Assembly: GCA_963701125.1 (NCBI GenBank)
Contig: OY969568.1
Span: 3,571,108-3,635,107, forward strand
Length of the DNA: 64,000 nucleotides
Direction of reading: 5' to 3'
From: an uncultured Actinomycetes bacterium
Lineage (GTDB): Bacteria > Actinomycetota > Thermoleophilia > Gaiellales > JAICJC01
Shown here: positions 18,253 to 27,458 of the stretch, piece by piece
How the letters are laid out: each line of letters starts with the position of its first letter
Numbering within the stretch: the first letter of the stretch is position 1
The notes under the pieces: generated by a model
Database searches by the model: none
What the model saw: only the letters and a program-made list of their open reading frames with translations
Told to the model about the DNA's origin: nothing
Position numbers and translations under genes: made by a program

Positions 18253-19597
18253 GGGCGTCCGGCTCCAATCGCAGCAGGAACCGCGAGTTGGGCGGCGTCC
18301 GGCCGTACTGGCGGTCGGCGACCAGCGTCCGCAGCGTCTCGACCATGATCAGCGCGTCGAAGGTGAGTGTGCGGCGGTTCAGGTAGTACAGGTCGTGGCC
18401 GATCTTCCAGCCCGTCCCGAGCGTGGTGCCGGCATACCCGCACCGCACCTGCGCCCAGCCGGTGACGCCGGGGACGACGAGGTGGCGGCGCGAGTAGTAG
18501 GGGATCTCCCGCTCGAGCACCTCGACGATCGCCGGCTGCTCGGGCCGGGGGCCGACGAGCGTCATCTCCCCGCGCAGGACGTTGATCAGCTGGGGCAGCT
18601 CGTCGAGGTGCAGCCGCCGCAGCCATGCTCCGAGCGGCGTGATGCGCGGGTCATCCGCGGCGGCCCAGCGGGCGTCGGCAACCGGCTCTGCCCGCATCGT
18701 CCGGAACTTGAGGAGCTCGAACTCGGCGCCGCCCTTGCCCACCCGCCGCTGGCGGAACAGGATCGGCCGCCCGTCCTTTGCGGCGAGCAGGAGCGCGATG
18801 ACCGCCATCACTGGCGCCAGCACCACGGCGAGCGTCAGCGCCACCTGGACGTCGCGGATGTGCTGGAGCCGGTGGTGGCTCGCCGGCCGCTCGGGATCGA
18901 GCACGGCGCGGAACCAGGCCGACCGGATCACGGCGATGGGCACGTGTCCGAGGATGCGTTCGTAGAGGGTGGCGCCGTCGGTCAGCGGGATGCCGATCTC
19001 GACGCAGGCGTCGACCGTGCGCTCGACCTCGGGCGAGGACATCACCCGGTTCTCGATGACCACCAGATCGATTCGCTCGCTCGTCACGAGCTTCCTGAAC
19101 CGGTCGACGGACGTGCTCGGCGCGCACGATGCGGCGAACACGAAGCCACGCACCCCACTGTCTGCGAACTGGCGGGCGAGCAGCTCGGTGAACGAGTCGT
19201 CGCCGATCACCGCGACCCGGATCTCGGCCATCGAGAACACAACGTCGACGAGTGCGATGCATGCGGCCACCGCGCCCGCGGCCGCCACGGTGGCGGCGGC
19301 CCGCATCGGCGTGGCGTCGGAGTTCAGATAGGTCGGCGCGACCGCGGCGGCCGCCCCGACCATCGCGCAGGCGACGCGAAGGGCAAACCGCGCCGTCGCC
19401 ATCAGGTGCATCGGGTAGTGCTCGAGCCGCGCGCCCCAGCAGACGAGCGCGATCACCGCGAAGACCCAGCCGCACTCGGCGACGTTGTGCGTCGTCGCCG
19501 TCACGGCGGCGCCGGCGAGGGCCGGGCCGAGCACGTGCAGCCGGCCGGACAGCAGGGAGCGCTGGTGCCAGGTTGCCGCCGGATTGGTGCGGTTCAC
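18245..19597 (-). CDS. Polyprenyl-phosphate glycosyl-1-phosphate transferase (priming sugar transferase, WbaP/EpsL-like)
   Basis: C-terminal PILFRQRRVGKGGAEFELLKFRTM...DELPQLINVLRGEMTLVGPRPE. The N-terminus has TM segments and a Rossmann-like linker. Confidence 0.85.
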   Translation of the reverse strand: MNRTNPAATWHQRSLLSGRLHVLGPALAGAAVTATTHNVAECGWVFAVIALVCWGARLEHYPMHLMATARFALRVACAMVGAAAAVAPTYLNSDATPMRAAATVAAAGAVAACIALVDVVFSMAEIRVAVIGDDSFTELLARQFADSGVRGFVFAASCAPSTSVDRFRKLVTSERIDLVVIENRVMSSPEVERTVDACVEIGIPLTDGATLYERILGHVPIAVIRSAWFRAVLDPERPASHHRLQHIRDVQVALTLAVVLAPVMAVIALLLAAKDGRPILFRQRRVGKGGAEFELLKFRTMRAEPVADARWAAADDPRITPLGAWLRRLHLDELPQLINVLRGEMTLVGPRPEQPAIVEVLEREIPYYSRRHLVVPGVTGWAQVRCGYAGTTLGTGWKIGHDLYYLNRRTLTFDALIMVETLRTLVADRQYGRTPPNSRFLLRLEPDAHA

Positions 19598-20982
19598 GTC
19601 GTCACCTCGGCCAGCCGGCCGGCGCTGAGATTGCCCAGCGGCCCGCGCAGGTGCGGCTCGGACCGGGGTGTCGTGACGATGCGATAGAGGCCGACGCAGA
19701 CCGCCGCGACCAGCCAGAGCTGCTTGTTCACCTCGAGCGTGAGGAAGAACGCTCCGACCGAGATGCCGGCCAGCCCGATCACGAACGCCTGGGCCAGGAA
19801 GGCCATGTCGTGCTCGCCGGCGCAGGCGAAGCGCCGCGCGGCGGCGATCCCGCAGGCGCCCGCGATGCCGAGCATGGCGACGAACGAGACGAGTGCGGGC
19901 GCACCCCCCTCGGCGGAGAGCTGCAGGTAGGTGTTGTGGGCGACCTTGCGCTGGTCGATGACGAGGTCGCTGCGCGAGATCGCTCCCGGCTGGACGAGAT
20001 AGGCCGGCGACTCGGTCACGTAGTTGCCGACACCGACGCCGGTGAACGGGTTCGCCGTGGTCATCCGCCATGCGAGCGTCCAAAGCGTCGTGCGGTTCGA
20101 CGTGTTGCTGTCGGAGAGATGTGAGGCGGGGGACGGCAGCGCGGCGCCCGAGGCGATCACGATCGCCGCCACCGTGCCCAGGCCGAGCACGGGGATCGCC
20201 CAGCTCCACCAGCGCCGGCCGAGGCCGATCGCGACGGCGGCAGCCGCCATGAGCGAGATGGCGCCGCCCCGCGAGCCGGTCATCACGAGGCCGGTCAGCG
20301 CGACTGCCCCGCCGAGCACCACCAGCGCCGCCGTCACGTGCGCGTGCCGGGCGCGCGCCCACGCGTAGAGCGGGGGAACGAGGGCGATCGCCGCCACGAG
20401 CGCGATGGCGAGCTCGTTGGCGTCGCCGACCGTCCCGGCCAGCCGGCCCTGCTGCGATCCGATGCCGGTTGCAAGTCCCATGCCGGCGGCGACCGCGGCG
20501 CCGGCGACGAACGCCGCGGCGACCATCATCGCGTCGTCGCGGCGCCGCATCACCGCGATGCCGACCGTGGCGGTCACGATCAGCTGTGCGAGCCGGCTGA
20601 TCACGTCGAGCCCCGCGCTCAGATCGGTCGCCCACACCAGGCTGAGCGTCGTCCAGCCCGCGAACGCCGTCAGCGAGAAGATGAACGCGAGCGGAACGCG
20701 CCCGGACTGCGAGCGGCCGCGCTGGAGCAGCCAGATCACGACGAACAGCAGCGCGAACGCCTTTACGAGCGTGACCGCGGGCAGGATCTGCGCGGGGACG
20801 AGCGCGACGAACGACGCGAACGAGACCATCGCCAGGCCGAACACCGGCCGGCTCCATGCGTACCAGGAGCACCCGGCGACGACCACTCCGGCAAGGCCGA
20901 TCGCCGGCTGGACGGTCGCGGTGAGCCCGGCCACCACGGCGACCACCATGACGGCCAAGACCACGAACGCGCGGTCACCCAT
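19594..20982 (-). CDS. wzy: O-antigen ligase/polymerase-like membrane protein (Wzy_C family)
   Basis: Polytopic membrane protein with TGSRGG and AHNTYLQ motifs. 8-nt overlap with the upstream gene. Confidence 0.7.
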   Translation of the reverse strand: MGDRAFVVLAVMVVAVVAGLTATVQPAIGLAGVVVAGCSWYAWSRPVFGLAMVSFASFVALVPAQILPAVTLVKAFALLFVVIWLLQRGRSQSGRVPLAFIFSLTAFAGWTTLSLVWATDLSAGLDVISRLAQLIVTATVGIAVMRRRDDAMMVAAAFVAGAAVAAGMGLATGIGSQQGRLAGTVGDANELAIALVAAIALVPPLYAWARARHAHVTAALVVLGGAVALTGLVMTGSRGGAISLMAAAAVAIGLGRRWWSWAIPVLGLGTVAAIVIASGAALPSPASHLSDSNTSNRTTLWTLAWRMTTANPFTGVGVGNYVTESPAYLVQPGAISRSDLVIDQRKVAHNTYLQLSAEGGAPALVSFVAMLGIAGACGIAAARRFACAGEHDMAFLAQAFVIGLAGISVGAFFLTLEVNKQLWLVAAVCVGLYRIVTTPRSEPHLRGPLGNLSAGRLAEVTT

Positions 20983-22561
20983 GGAAGGCGCCCGCGGTTG
21001 CGGGCAGGAGCCTGTGATCGCGAACCTTCGCATGGCGCCTGCCCACGACGACCGTGCCGCTTTCGGCACCTTCGAGCTCGGCAACGGCCTGTGCCAGCGG
21101 CTCGAGCCGGGTCGCGCCCACCCGCACGACCAGCAGGGCGAGGTCGGCGAGGGCGACGAGCGGCACGCTGTCACCGGTCGTGCCGAGCGGCGGCGCGTCG
21201 ACGATCACAAGGTCGGCGAGGTCGCAGAGGCTGCGGATCATGTCGGTAATTCGTCCCGGCTCAGGCAGGTCGGCGAGCGTTGACGGCGGCCTGCCGGCGG
21301 GGAGCACGCGCAGCCGGGGGGAGAGGCCGCGCGGGGTGGTGAGCGCGACGTCGGCGGAGGCGCGGTCGGCGAGGACGTCCTGCACGTCGTAGTCGAGCAG
21401 GCCGAGCGCATCGGCGAGCGCGCCCTTGCGCAGGTCGACCTCGACGAGGATCGTGTCGCGGCCGGCCTCGGCTGAGGCTTCGGCGAGGGCCATCGCCACG
21501 GTCGTTCGGCCCTCACAGCCGGAGGCGCCGGTGACGAGCACGCAGTGGCGTCCGGCCAGGCGGTGGCTCAGCGTGCGGATCTGCTCCGATGCGGCCCGAC
21601 CCAGCACGTGCGGTGGGATCGGGCGCCGCTGCTGTCCGCGGGCGCCGTGGCTGCGCGCGGGCGAGATGGTGGCGATGACCGGAGCCGCGAACAGCCGGCG
21701 CAGCTGACCCGCGGTGCGCAGCCGCGGATCGCGCGACTCGAGCGCGAACGCGCCGAGCACGCCCACGAGCAGGCCGACGAGCGCGGCACCCGCGAGGATG
21801 ATCTGCGGCTTGGGCCAGCTCGGCGCCGACGGCGCCGTCGCGGGCTGGAGGATGTGGACGGACGGGTCTCCGACCAGGCGCAGTGCGGTGAGGTCCTGGA
21901 TCTCGCCGCCCGTCGCCGCGGCCGCGAACGATCCGGGCCGCTCGGCCTTGAGGTCGCCCTGCAGCTGGGCGACAAGACGATCGATCGTGGGCCGCAGGTC
22001 GGCTGCGCGCACGGTCCTGACTCCATAGGCGTCGGCGTTTGCGATCGCCGCCGCGGTCGCGGCGCTGGACGCCGTCGCGGCGATGTCGACCACGTCTGCG
22101 CCCGCGACGGGCTGCGCGACGATGTGCGCAGCGATCGAGCCGGGCGAGGGATGCCCGCCGAGCCTCGCCGAGGCGACGGTGGCGACCCGGCGCGTCATCG
22201 CGAGCCACGCCACGGTCTGGGCGGGGCGGCCGGCGTCCGCCGAGACGTGCAGCAGGCCGAGGTCCTCGAGCGCGGGCTGGTACGTCGGGCTCACGCTGAC
22301 GAGCAGCTCGGCGTGCGCCTCGTAGCGGCGCGGCGCGACGCTGACATACGCCGCCGAGACGGCAACGGTGAGGAGGGTTGCGGCCACGATCAGCCACGGA
22401 TGCGACCGAACGACCGCGAAGTGGGCGCTCCACGGCGTGGGCGGCCGGCGGCGATCCAGAGCCGGGGCGACGTTGCGCGGATCGAACCCGGAGCTGGTCT
22501 CGGTGCCCCGGGTGTCACGGGCAGGCTGCTTCATTGCCGTAACATCGACCCGGGGTGTCAC
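20975..22561 (-). CDS. Polysaccharide co-polymerase (Wzz-like) fused to a BY-kinase-like P-loop domain with a degenerate Walker A
   Basis: Two TM segments flank a ~190-aa extracytoplasmic region. The C-terminal domain has GASGCEGRTT (Walker A with R in place of K), ILVEVDLR (A') and LVIVDAPP (B). There is no C-terminal Tyr cluster. Confidence 0.7.
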   Translation of the reverse strand: MTPRVDVTAMKQPARDTRGTETSSGFDPRNVAPALDRRRPPTPWSAHFAVVRSHPWLIVAATLLTVAVSAAYVSVAPRRYEAHAELLVSVSPTYQPALEDLGLLHVSADAGRPAQTVAWLAMTRRVATVASARLGGHPSPGSIAAHIVAQPVAGADVVDIAATASSAATAAAIANADAYGVRTVRAADLRPTIDRLVAQLQGDLKAERPGSFAAAATGGEIQDLTALRLVGDPSVHILQPATAPSAPSWPKPQIILAGAALVGLLVGVLGAFALESRDPRLRTAGQLRRLFAAPVIATISPARSHGARGQQRRPIPPHVLGRAASEQIRTLSHRLAGRHCVLVTGASGCEGRTTVAMALAEASAEAGRDTILVEVDLRKGALADALGLLDYDVQDVLADRASADVALTTPRGLSPRLRVLPAGRPPSTLADLPEPGRITDMIRSLCDLADLVIVDAPPLGTTGDSVPLVALADLALLVVRVGATRLEPLAQAVAELEGAESGTVVVGRRHAKVRDHRLLPATAGAFHG

Positions 22562-22662
22562 GAGTCGACGGTAGTTTCTACGCGACGCCGCTCACGCGTT
22601 TTGGGGGGGCTGGTACCTGCCGGCCGCACCCCCGACCGCGCCGTGCGACACTGTAAGCCGCG

Positions 22663-25212
22663 GTGATCAGGGTCGCCTTCAAGAGCCTGCTCGGACGCAA
22701 GCTGCGGCTCGTGCTGACGTCGCTCGCGATCGTGATGGGCGTGGGGATGGTGAGCGGCACGTATGTCCTCACCGACACGATCAACGCCAGCCTGGGGACG
22801 CTCCTGAACGGCGTCTACGCCAAGTCCGACGCCGTCGTCACGGGCAAGGCGGCGTTCGGCGGCAGCGGCAACGCGCCGTCGTTCCCCGAGTCGACGGTCG
22901 CCCGGATCGCGAACCTTCCGGGCGTCGCGGCCGCCGCCGGGTCGGTCGGCGCCGAGGTCGAGATCGTCGGCGCCGACGGCAAGGTCGTCTCGCGCGGCTC
23001 CGCGCTCCAGCTCGGCCTCAGCATCGCCCCCGGCTCGCAGCGGTTCAGCCCGTTTCGGATCGTCTCCGGCGCGTGGCCCACCGGCCCGGGCGAGGTCGCG
23101 ATCGACGCCCAGACGGCCGGTTCCGAGCACTACCGGGTCGGCGACCGGGTCGGGCTGATCGTGAACGGCGGCAGCGAGCAGCACTTCCGCATCACCGGCA
23201 TCGCCGACTACGGCAGCTCGTCGTCGCTTGCGGGCGACACGCTCTCGATCTTCGACCTTCCCACCGCACAGCGGCTGTTCGGGGAACCGGGGAAGCTCGA
23301 CCAGATCGACGTCGCGTCGCGGCCGGGCACCTCGAAAGCGGCGCTGCTGCGCCAGATCCGGTCGGTGCTGCCCGCGCACACGCAGGTGCGCACGAGCGCG
23401 AAGCAGGCGCACGCGACGTTCGAGGACTACGACTCGGCGATCACGACGCTGCGTTACTTCCTGCTCGCGTTCGGCGGCATCGCCCTCTTCGTCGGGTCAT
23501 TCGTGATCGCAAACACGCTGTCGATCACCGTCGCCCAGCGCTCGCGCGAGTTCGCGACACTGCGCACGCTCGGCGCCACCGTCCGCCAGGTGCGCCGCTC
23601 GGTCCTGATCGAGGGCTTCGCGATCGGCCTCCTGGCGTCGATCGTCGGGCTGTTCGTCGGCCTCGGCCTCGCCAAGGGGCTCGAGGCGCTCTTCCGGGCC
23701 GAGGGGCTGAAGCTGCCGCTCGCCGGGCTCGTCTTTGCGACCCGCACCGTGATCGTGTCGCTCGTCGTCGGCACCGGCGTCACGCTCCTCGCCAGCTTCT
23801 GGCCGGCCCTGCGCGCGACGCGCGTGCCTCCGATCGCGGCCGTCCGCGAGGGATCGCTGCTGCCGCCCTCGCGGCTCGCGCGCTTCGGGCCGGCGGTCGC
23901 GCTGGCCGTCTGCGCGATCGCGCTCGTGCTCGTCTGCGTCGGCGCGTTCGTCTCGGCCATCGCCACGGGCCCGCGCCTGGTCGTCCTCGGCATCGGGGTG
24001 CTCCTGCTCTTCGTCGGCGTGGCGATGGTCGCGCCGAGCATCGCGCGCCCGCTCGCGCGGGTGCTCGGGTGGCCGGCGACCAGGATCGGCGGCGCCGCCG
24101 GAGAGCTGGCGCGCCGAAACGCGATGCGCAACCCGGCGCGCACCGCCTCGACCGCGGCGGCGCTCATGATCGGCCTCGCGCTCGTGACCGCCTTCGCCGT
24201 GCTCGCACAGGGCCTCAAGCAGTCGATCATCGGATCGGTCAGGGACGAGTTCCGGGGCAACTACGTCCTCACCTCCGAGAACGGGTTCACGCCCACGTCG
24301 GTCGCCTCGGCGGACGCGCTTCGGCGGGCGCACATCGCCACCGTCGTCGCCGGCGAGCGTTCGGGCGAGGCGCGCGTGTTCGGCCAGACGATCGGCGTGG
24401 CCGGACTCGACCCGGGGCTCTCGCAGCTCCTGGCGCTCAAGTGGAAGCAGGGTACGAACGCCGCGATGGCGTCGCTCGGCACCGGCGGCGTGATCGTCGA
24501 CAAGGATTTCGCGAAGAGCCATCATCTCGCCGTCGGCTCGCACATCACCATGGAGACGCCCTCCGGCCACACGATCGAACTGCGGGTGAACGGCATCTAC
24601 GCCCCGCCGCAGGCCGAGAACCCGCTCGGGACGATCTCGATCTCGTCGCGCACCTTCGACACGCTCTACCCGAATCCCGAGAACGTCTTCACCCTGATCG
24701 CGACTCCGGGCGGCGTGACCGCCCATAACACGGCTGCCCTGAACCGCGTGCTGGCGCGCTTCCCCGACGCGAAGCTCCAGTCCGAGCAGCAGTTCATCAG
24801 CTCGCAGCAGGCCTCGATCCAGAGCGAGCTCAACCTGCTCTACATCCTGCTCGCGCTCTCGATCGTCGTCAGCCTGTTCGGGATCGTGAACACGCTCGTG
24901 CTCACCGTCTTCGAGCGCACCCGCGAGCTCGGGCTGCTGCGCGCCGTCGGCATGACCCGCCGCCAGACCCGGCGCATGATCCGCCACGAGGCCGTGATCA
25001 CCGCGCTCCTCGGCGCCACGCTCGGCATCCCGGTCGGCATCGGGCTTGCGGCGGTGCTCGACCGCGCCCTGGGCAACATCCCCTTCGCGGTGCCGGTCGG
25101 CACGATCATCGAGTTCGTCGTCGCCGCCATCGTCGTCGGACTGATCGCGGCGATCTTCCCCGCCCGGCGCGCGGCGCGGCTGAACGTTCTGAACGCGCTC
25201 CAGTACGAATAG
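22663..25212 (+). CDS. ABC transporter permease, FtsX/MacB-like, double FtsX domain
   Basis: 849 aa with a duplicated four-TM FtsX architecture (LRTLGAT...; LRAVGMTRRQ...). No ATPase gene lies adjacent in this window. Confidence 0.8.
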   Translation: MIRVAFKSLLGRKLRLVLTSLAIVMGVGMVSGTYVLTDTINASLGTLLNGVYAKSDAVVTGKAAFGGSGNAPSFPESTVARIANLPGVAAAAGSVGAEVEIVGADGKVVSRGSALQLGLSIAPGSQRFSPFRIVSGAWPTGPGEVAIDAQTAGSEHYRVGDRVGLIVNGGSEQHFRITGIADYGSSSSLAGDTLSIFDLPTAQRLFGEPGKLDQIDVASRPGTSKAALLRQIRSVLPAHTQVRTSAKQAHATFEDYDSAITTLRYFLLAFGGIALFVGSFVIANTLSITVAQRSREFATLRTLGATVRQVRRSVLIEGFAIGLLASIVGLFVGLGLAKGLEALFRAEGLKLPLAGLVFATRTVIVSLVVGTGVTLLASFWPALRATRVPPIAAVREGSLLPPSRLARFGPAVALAVCAIALVLVCVGAFVSAIATGPRLVVLGIGVLLLFVGVAMVAPSIARPLARVLGWPATRIGGAAGELARRNAMRNPARTASTAAALMIGLALVTAFAVLAQGLKQSIIGSVRDEFRGNYVLTSENGFTPTSVASADALRRAHIATVVAGERSGEARVFGQTIGVAGLDPGLSQLLALKWKQGTNAAMASLGTGGVIVDKDFAKSHHLAVGSHITMETPSGHTIELRVNGIYAPPQAENPLGTISISSRTFDTLYPNPENVFTLIATPGGVTAHNTAALNRVLARFPDAKLQSEQQFISSQQASIQSELNLLYILLALSIVVSLFGIVNTLVLTVFERTRELGLLRAVGMTRRQTRRMIRHEAVITALLGATLGIPVGIGLAAVLDRALGNIPFAVPVGTIIEFVVAAIVVGLIAAIFPARRAARLNVLNALQYE

Positions 25213-25229
25213 GCGACCGGCCCGCGAGG

Positions 25230-26942
25230 TCAGGGCATCGGCTGATCGCCGACGTAGGACACGGCGCTCTCTTCGGCCGTGTCGGGGTGGATGTCGCGGC
25301 CGCCGCGCAGGGCCGAGGCGAACGCTCCGAGCAGCGAGAGCACCGCCGCGACGCTGAAGACGACGACGAGCCCCTGGTGGAACGGGGCCGAGATCAGGTG
25401 GGGGAAGAACTCGCGGCTCGTGAGCGTATGCCGGTTCGCCGCCCGCAGCCGGCCGAGGGTGCCGGTCGGCGCCAGCAGGTGCTGCACCGGGTTCTCGCCG
25501 AGCACGGCCGCGAAGAGCGACGACACCGGCGGCAGCGATGCGACGTGGTGGGCGACGGCGTGGGGGACGCCCTGGCGCTCGAGGCCGTTCGTGAGCGCGC
25601 TCGGAAGTGCGCTCGCAAGGCCGGCGATCATGAGCGAGAAGAAGACGCCGATCGAGACGGCCGTGCCGGTGTTCTGGAACGTCGAGCGCATGCCGGACGC
25701 CGCGCCCCGCTGGCGCGCGGGCACGCTGCTCATGATCGACGCCGAGTTGGGGGCGCTGAACATGCCCACGCCGATGCCGTTTGCGAGGATCAGCAGAGCG
25801 AACGCCCAGTAGGGGAAGACGACCGGCAGCAGCATCAGCCCGACGAAGCTCGCGCCGAACACGAGCATTCCGGCGGTCGCAAAGCCACGGGCGCCGAACT
25901 TGTCGGAGAGGTAGCCGGACAGCGGCCCCGAGACGAGGAACGCCGCCGTCAGCGGCAGCAGGTAGATCCCGGCCCAGAGCGGCGTCTCGGTATACGCGTA
26001 CCCGTGCAGCGGCAGCCAGATTCCCTGCAGCCAGATGATGAGCATGAACTGCAGGCCGCCGCGCGCCGCCGAGGCGACCAGGCCCGCGATGTTGCCCGCG
26101 GCGAACGCGCGGATGCGGAAGAGCGTGAGCTGGAACATCGGCTCGGCGACACGGGTCTCGATCAGCCCGAACACGACCAGGAGCAGCGCGCCGCCGGTGA
26201 GCCCGGCGATCACGGCAGGGTTCGTCCAGCCCATCGTGTCGCCGCCGTAGGGCTGGATGCCCGCGGTGATCGCGATCAGCACCGCGCCCAGGCCGATGGC
26301 GAAGGTGACGTTTCCCCACCAGTCGATGCGGGCCGGATGCCGCTCGCCCGAGTCGCGCAGCTTGCGATAGGCCCACACCGTCCCGAACACGCCGACGGGC
26401 ACGTTCACCCAGAACACCGCCCGCCAGTCGAGGGCGGCCAGCAGACCGCCCGCGATCAGGCCGATGAACTGGCCCGCGATTGCCGCGATCTGGTTGATGC
26501 CGAGCGCCAGGCCGCGCTGGTCGCGCGGAAACGCGTCGGTCAGGATCGCGGCGGAGTTGGCGGTCAGCATCGAGCCGCCGACGGCCTGCAGCACGCGCCA
26601 CCCGATCAGCCAGTCCGCGCCGTGCCCGCCCCGGAACGGGTCGAACGAGAGCAGCACCGACGCCCCGGCGAAGACGGCGAAGCCGGCGTTGTAGATCCGC
26701 ACCCGGCCGTACATGTCGCCCATGCGCCCGAGCGTGACCACGAGCACCGCCTGGACGAGGCGGTAGCCCATGATCATCCACAGCAGGTAGGTGATGTTGC
26801 CCGGCGCGAGCGGGTCCAGGTGGATGCCGCGGAAGATCGCGGGCAGCGCGATGATGACGATCGAGCCGTCGAGCGCCGACATGAACACGGCCATGGTCGT
26901 GTTCGAGAGCGCCACCCACTTGGAGCGCTCGCCCGCCGGCAT
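25230..26942 (-). CDS. MFS transporter, DHA2 (EmrB/QacA-like, 14-TM) family
   Basis: SNTTMAVFMSALDGSIVIIALP..., LGRMGDMYGR motif; ~570 aa. Confidence 0.85.
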   Translation of the reverse strand: MPAGERSKWVALSNTTMAVFMSALDGSIVIIALPAIFRGIHLDPLAPGNITYLLWMIMGYRLVQAVLVVTLGRMGDMYGRVRIYNAGFAVFAGASVLLSFDPFRGGHGADWLIGWRVLQAVGGSMLTANSAAILTDAFPRDQRGLALGINQIAAIAGQFIGLIAGGLLAALDWRAVFWVNVPVGVFGTVWAYRKLRDSGERHPARIDWWGNVTFAIGLGAVLIAITAGIQPYGGDTMGWTNPAVIAGLTGGALLLVVFGLIETRVAEPMFQLTLFRIRAFAAGNIAGLVASAARGGLQFMLIIWLQGIWLPLHGYAYTETPLWAGIYLLPLTAAFLVSGPLSGYLSDKFGARGFATAGMLVFGASFVGLMLLPVVFPYWAFALLILANGIGVGMFSAPNSASIMSSVPARQRGAASGMRSTFQNTGTAVSIGVFFSLMIAGLASALPSALTNGLERQGVPHAVAHHVASLPPVSSLFAAVLGENPVQHLLAPTGTLGRLRAANRHTLTSREFFPHLISAPFHQGLVVVFSVAAVLSLLGAFASALRGGRDIHPDTAEESAVSYVGDQPMP

Positions 26943-27379
26943 CAGATCGTCTGTGCCAGGCGCTCGAGCAGCGGTGCCGCCGCCCGCAGCTGGTCGAGCT
27001 CCGCGGGCGTGAACCCGCTCGCGAGCGCCTGGGCGAGCTGCTCGGTACGTGCGTTTCGGCGGTCGCGCAGGAGGCGGCGGCCGGCGTCGGTGAGCGACAT
27101 GACGACCCGGCGGCCGTCGCGTGGGTCGGCGCCGCGGGCGACGAGCCCGCGCGCCTCGAGGGCGGCGACGGTCGCGCCCATCGACTGGGGGCTGATCTGC
27201 TCGAGCCGTGCGAGCGCGCTCGGCGTCTGCGCGCCGCCGCGGTCGAGGCGGGCAAGCACCGCGGTCTCGGGCAGCGTCGGATCGCCCTCGGCGTGCGGCT
27301 GTCGCAGCCGCCGCAGCAGCAGGCCGATGCTGACCCGGATCGCCGCCGCGAGCTCGGTCTGATCAGGGCCCGCCGGCAT
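26942..27379 (-). CDS. MarR-family transcriptional regulator
   Basis: Winged-helix pattern LARLDRGGAQTPSALARLEQISPQSMGATVAALEARGLV...DGRRVVMSLTDAG. ATGA overlap with the MFS gene. Confidence 0.85.
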   Translation of the reverse strand: MPAGPDQTELAAAIRVSIGLLLRRLRQPHAEGDPTLPETAVLARLDRGGAQTPSALARLEQISPQSMGATVAALEARGLVARGADPRDGRRVVMSLTDAGRRLLRDRRNARTEQLAQALASGFTPAELDQLRAAAPLLERLAQTI

Positions 27380-27380
27380 A

Positions 27381-27408
27381 TGATAAGCCTAGACTGATAA
27401 GTCTAGAC
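27381..27408. promoter_or_regulatory. Tandem 14-nt repeat (tgataagcctagac / tgataagtctagac) containing the palindrome ctagac-N6-gtctag; likely MarR operator
   Basis: Read directly. It starts 2 nt upstream of the marR start codon, in an AT-rich divergent intergenic region. Confidence 0.55.
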
Positions 27409-27458
27409 TTGCAAATTTTCGGGGTTGCCGCCCCCTCGTATGCGGGTACCCTGGAGGC

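Noticed and set aside
22663-25212. Orphan FtsX-type ABC permease as part of a novel system
   Set aside because: Lack of an adjacent ATPase is unusual but not informative by itself, because the partner may be encoded elsewhere. Nothing else in the neighbourhood links to it.
23497-27255. 1252-aa ORF on the minus strand, plus similar giants at 44039..47698 (+), 11121..14024 (-), 13525..16365 (-), 4246..5907 (+), 7608..8942 (-) and 59255..61321 (-)
   Set aside because: These are products of the stop-codon-poor, high-GC sequence. Their translations are R/A/P/G-rich and low in complexity. They lie antisense to, out of frame with, or as upstream extensions of genes with clear domain signatures. Only the segments with recognisable motifs were kept, with trimmed starts.
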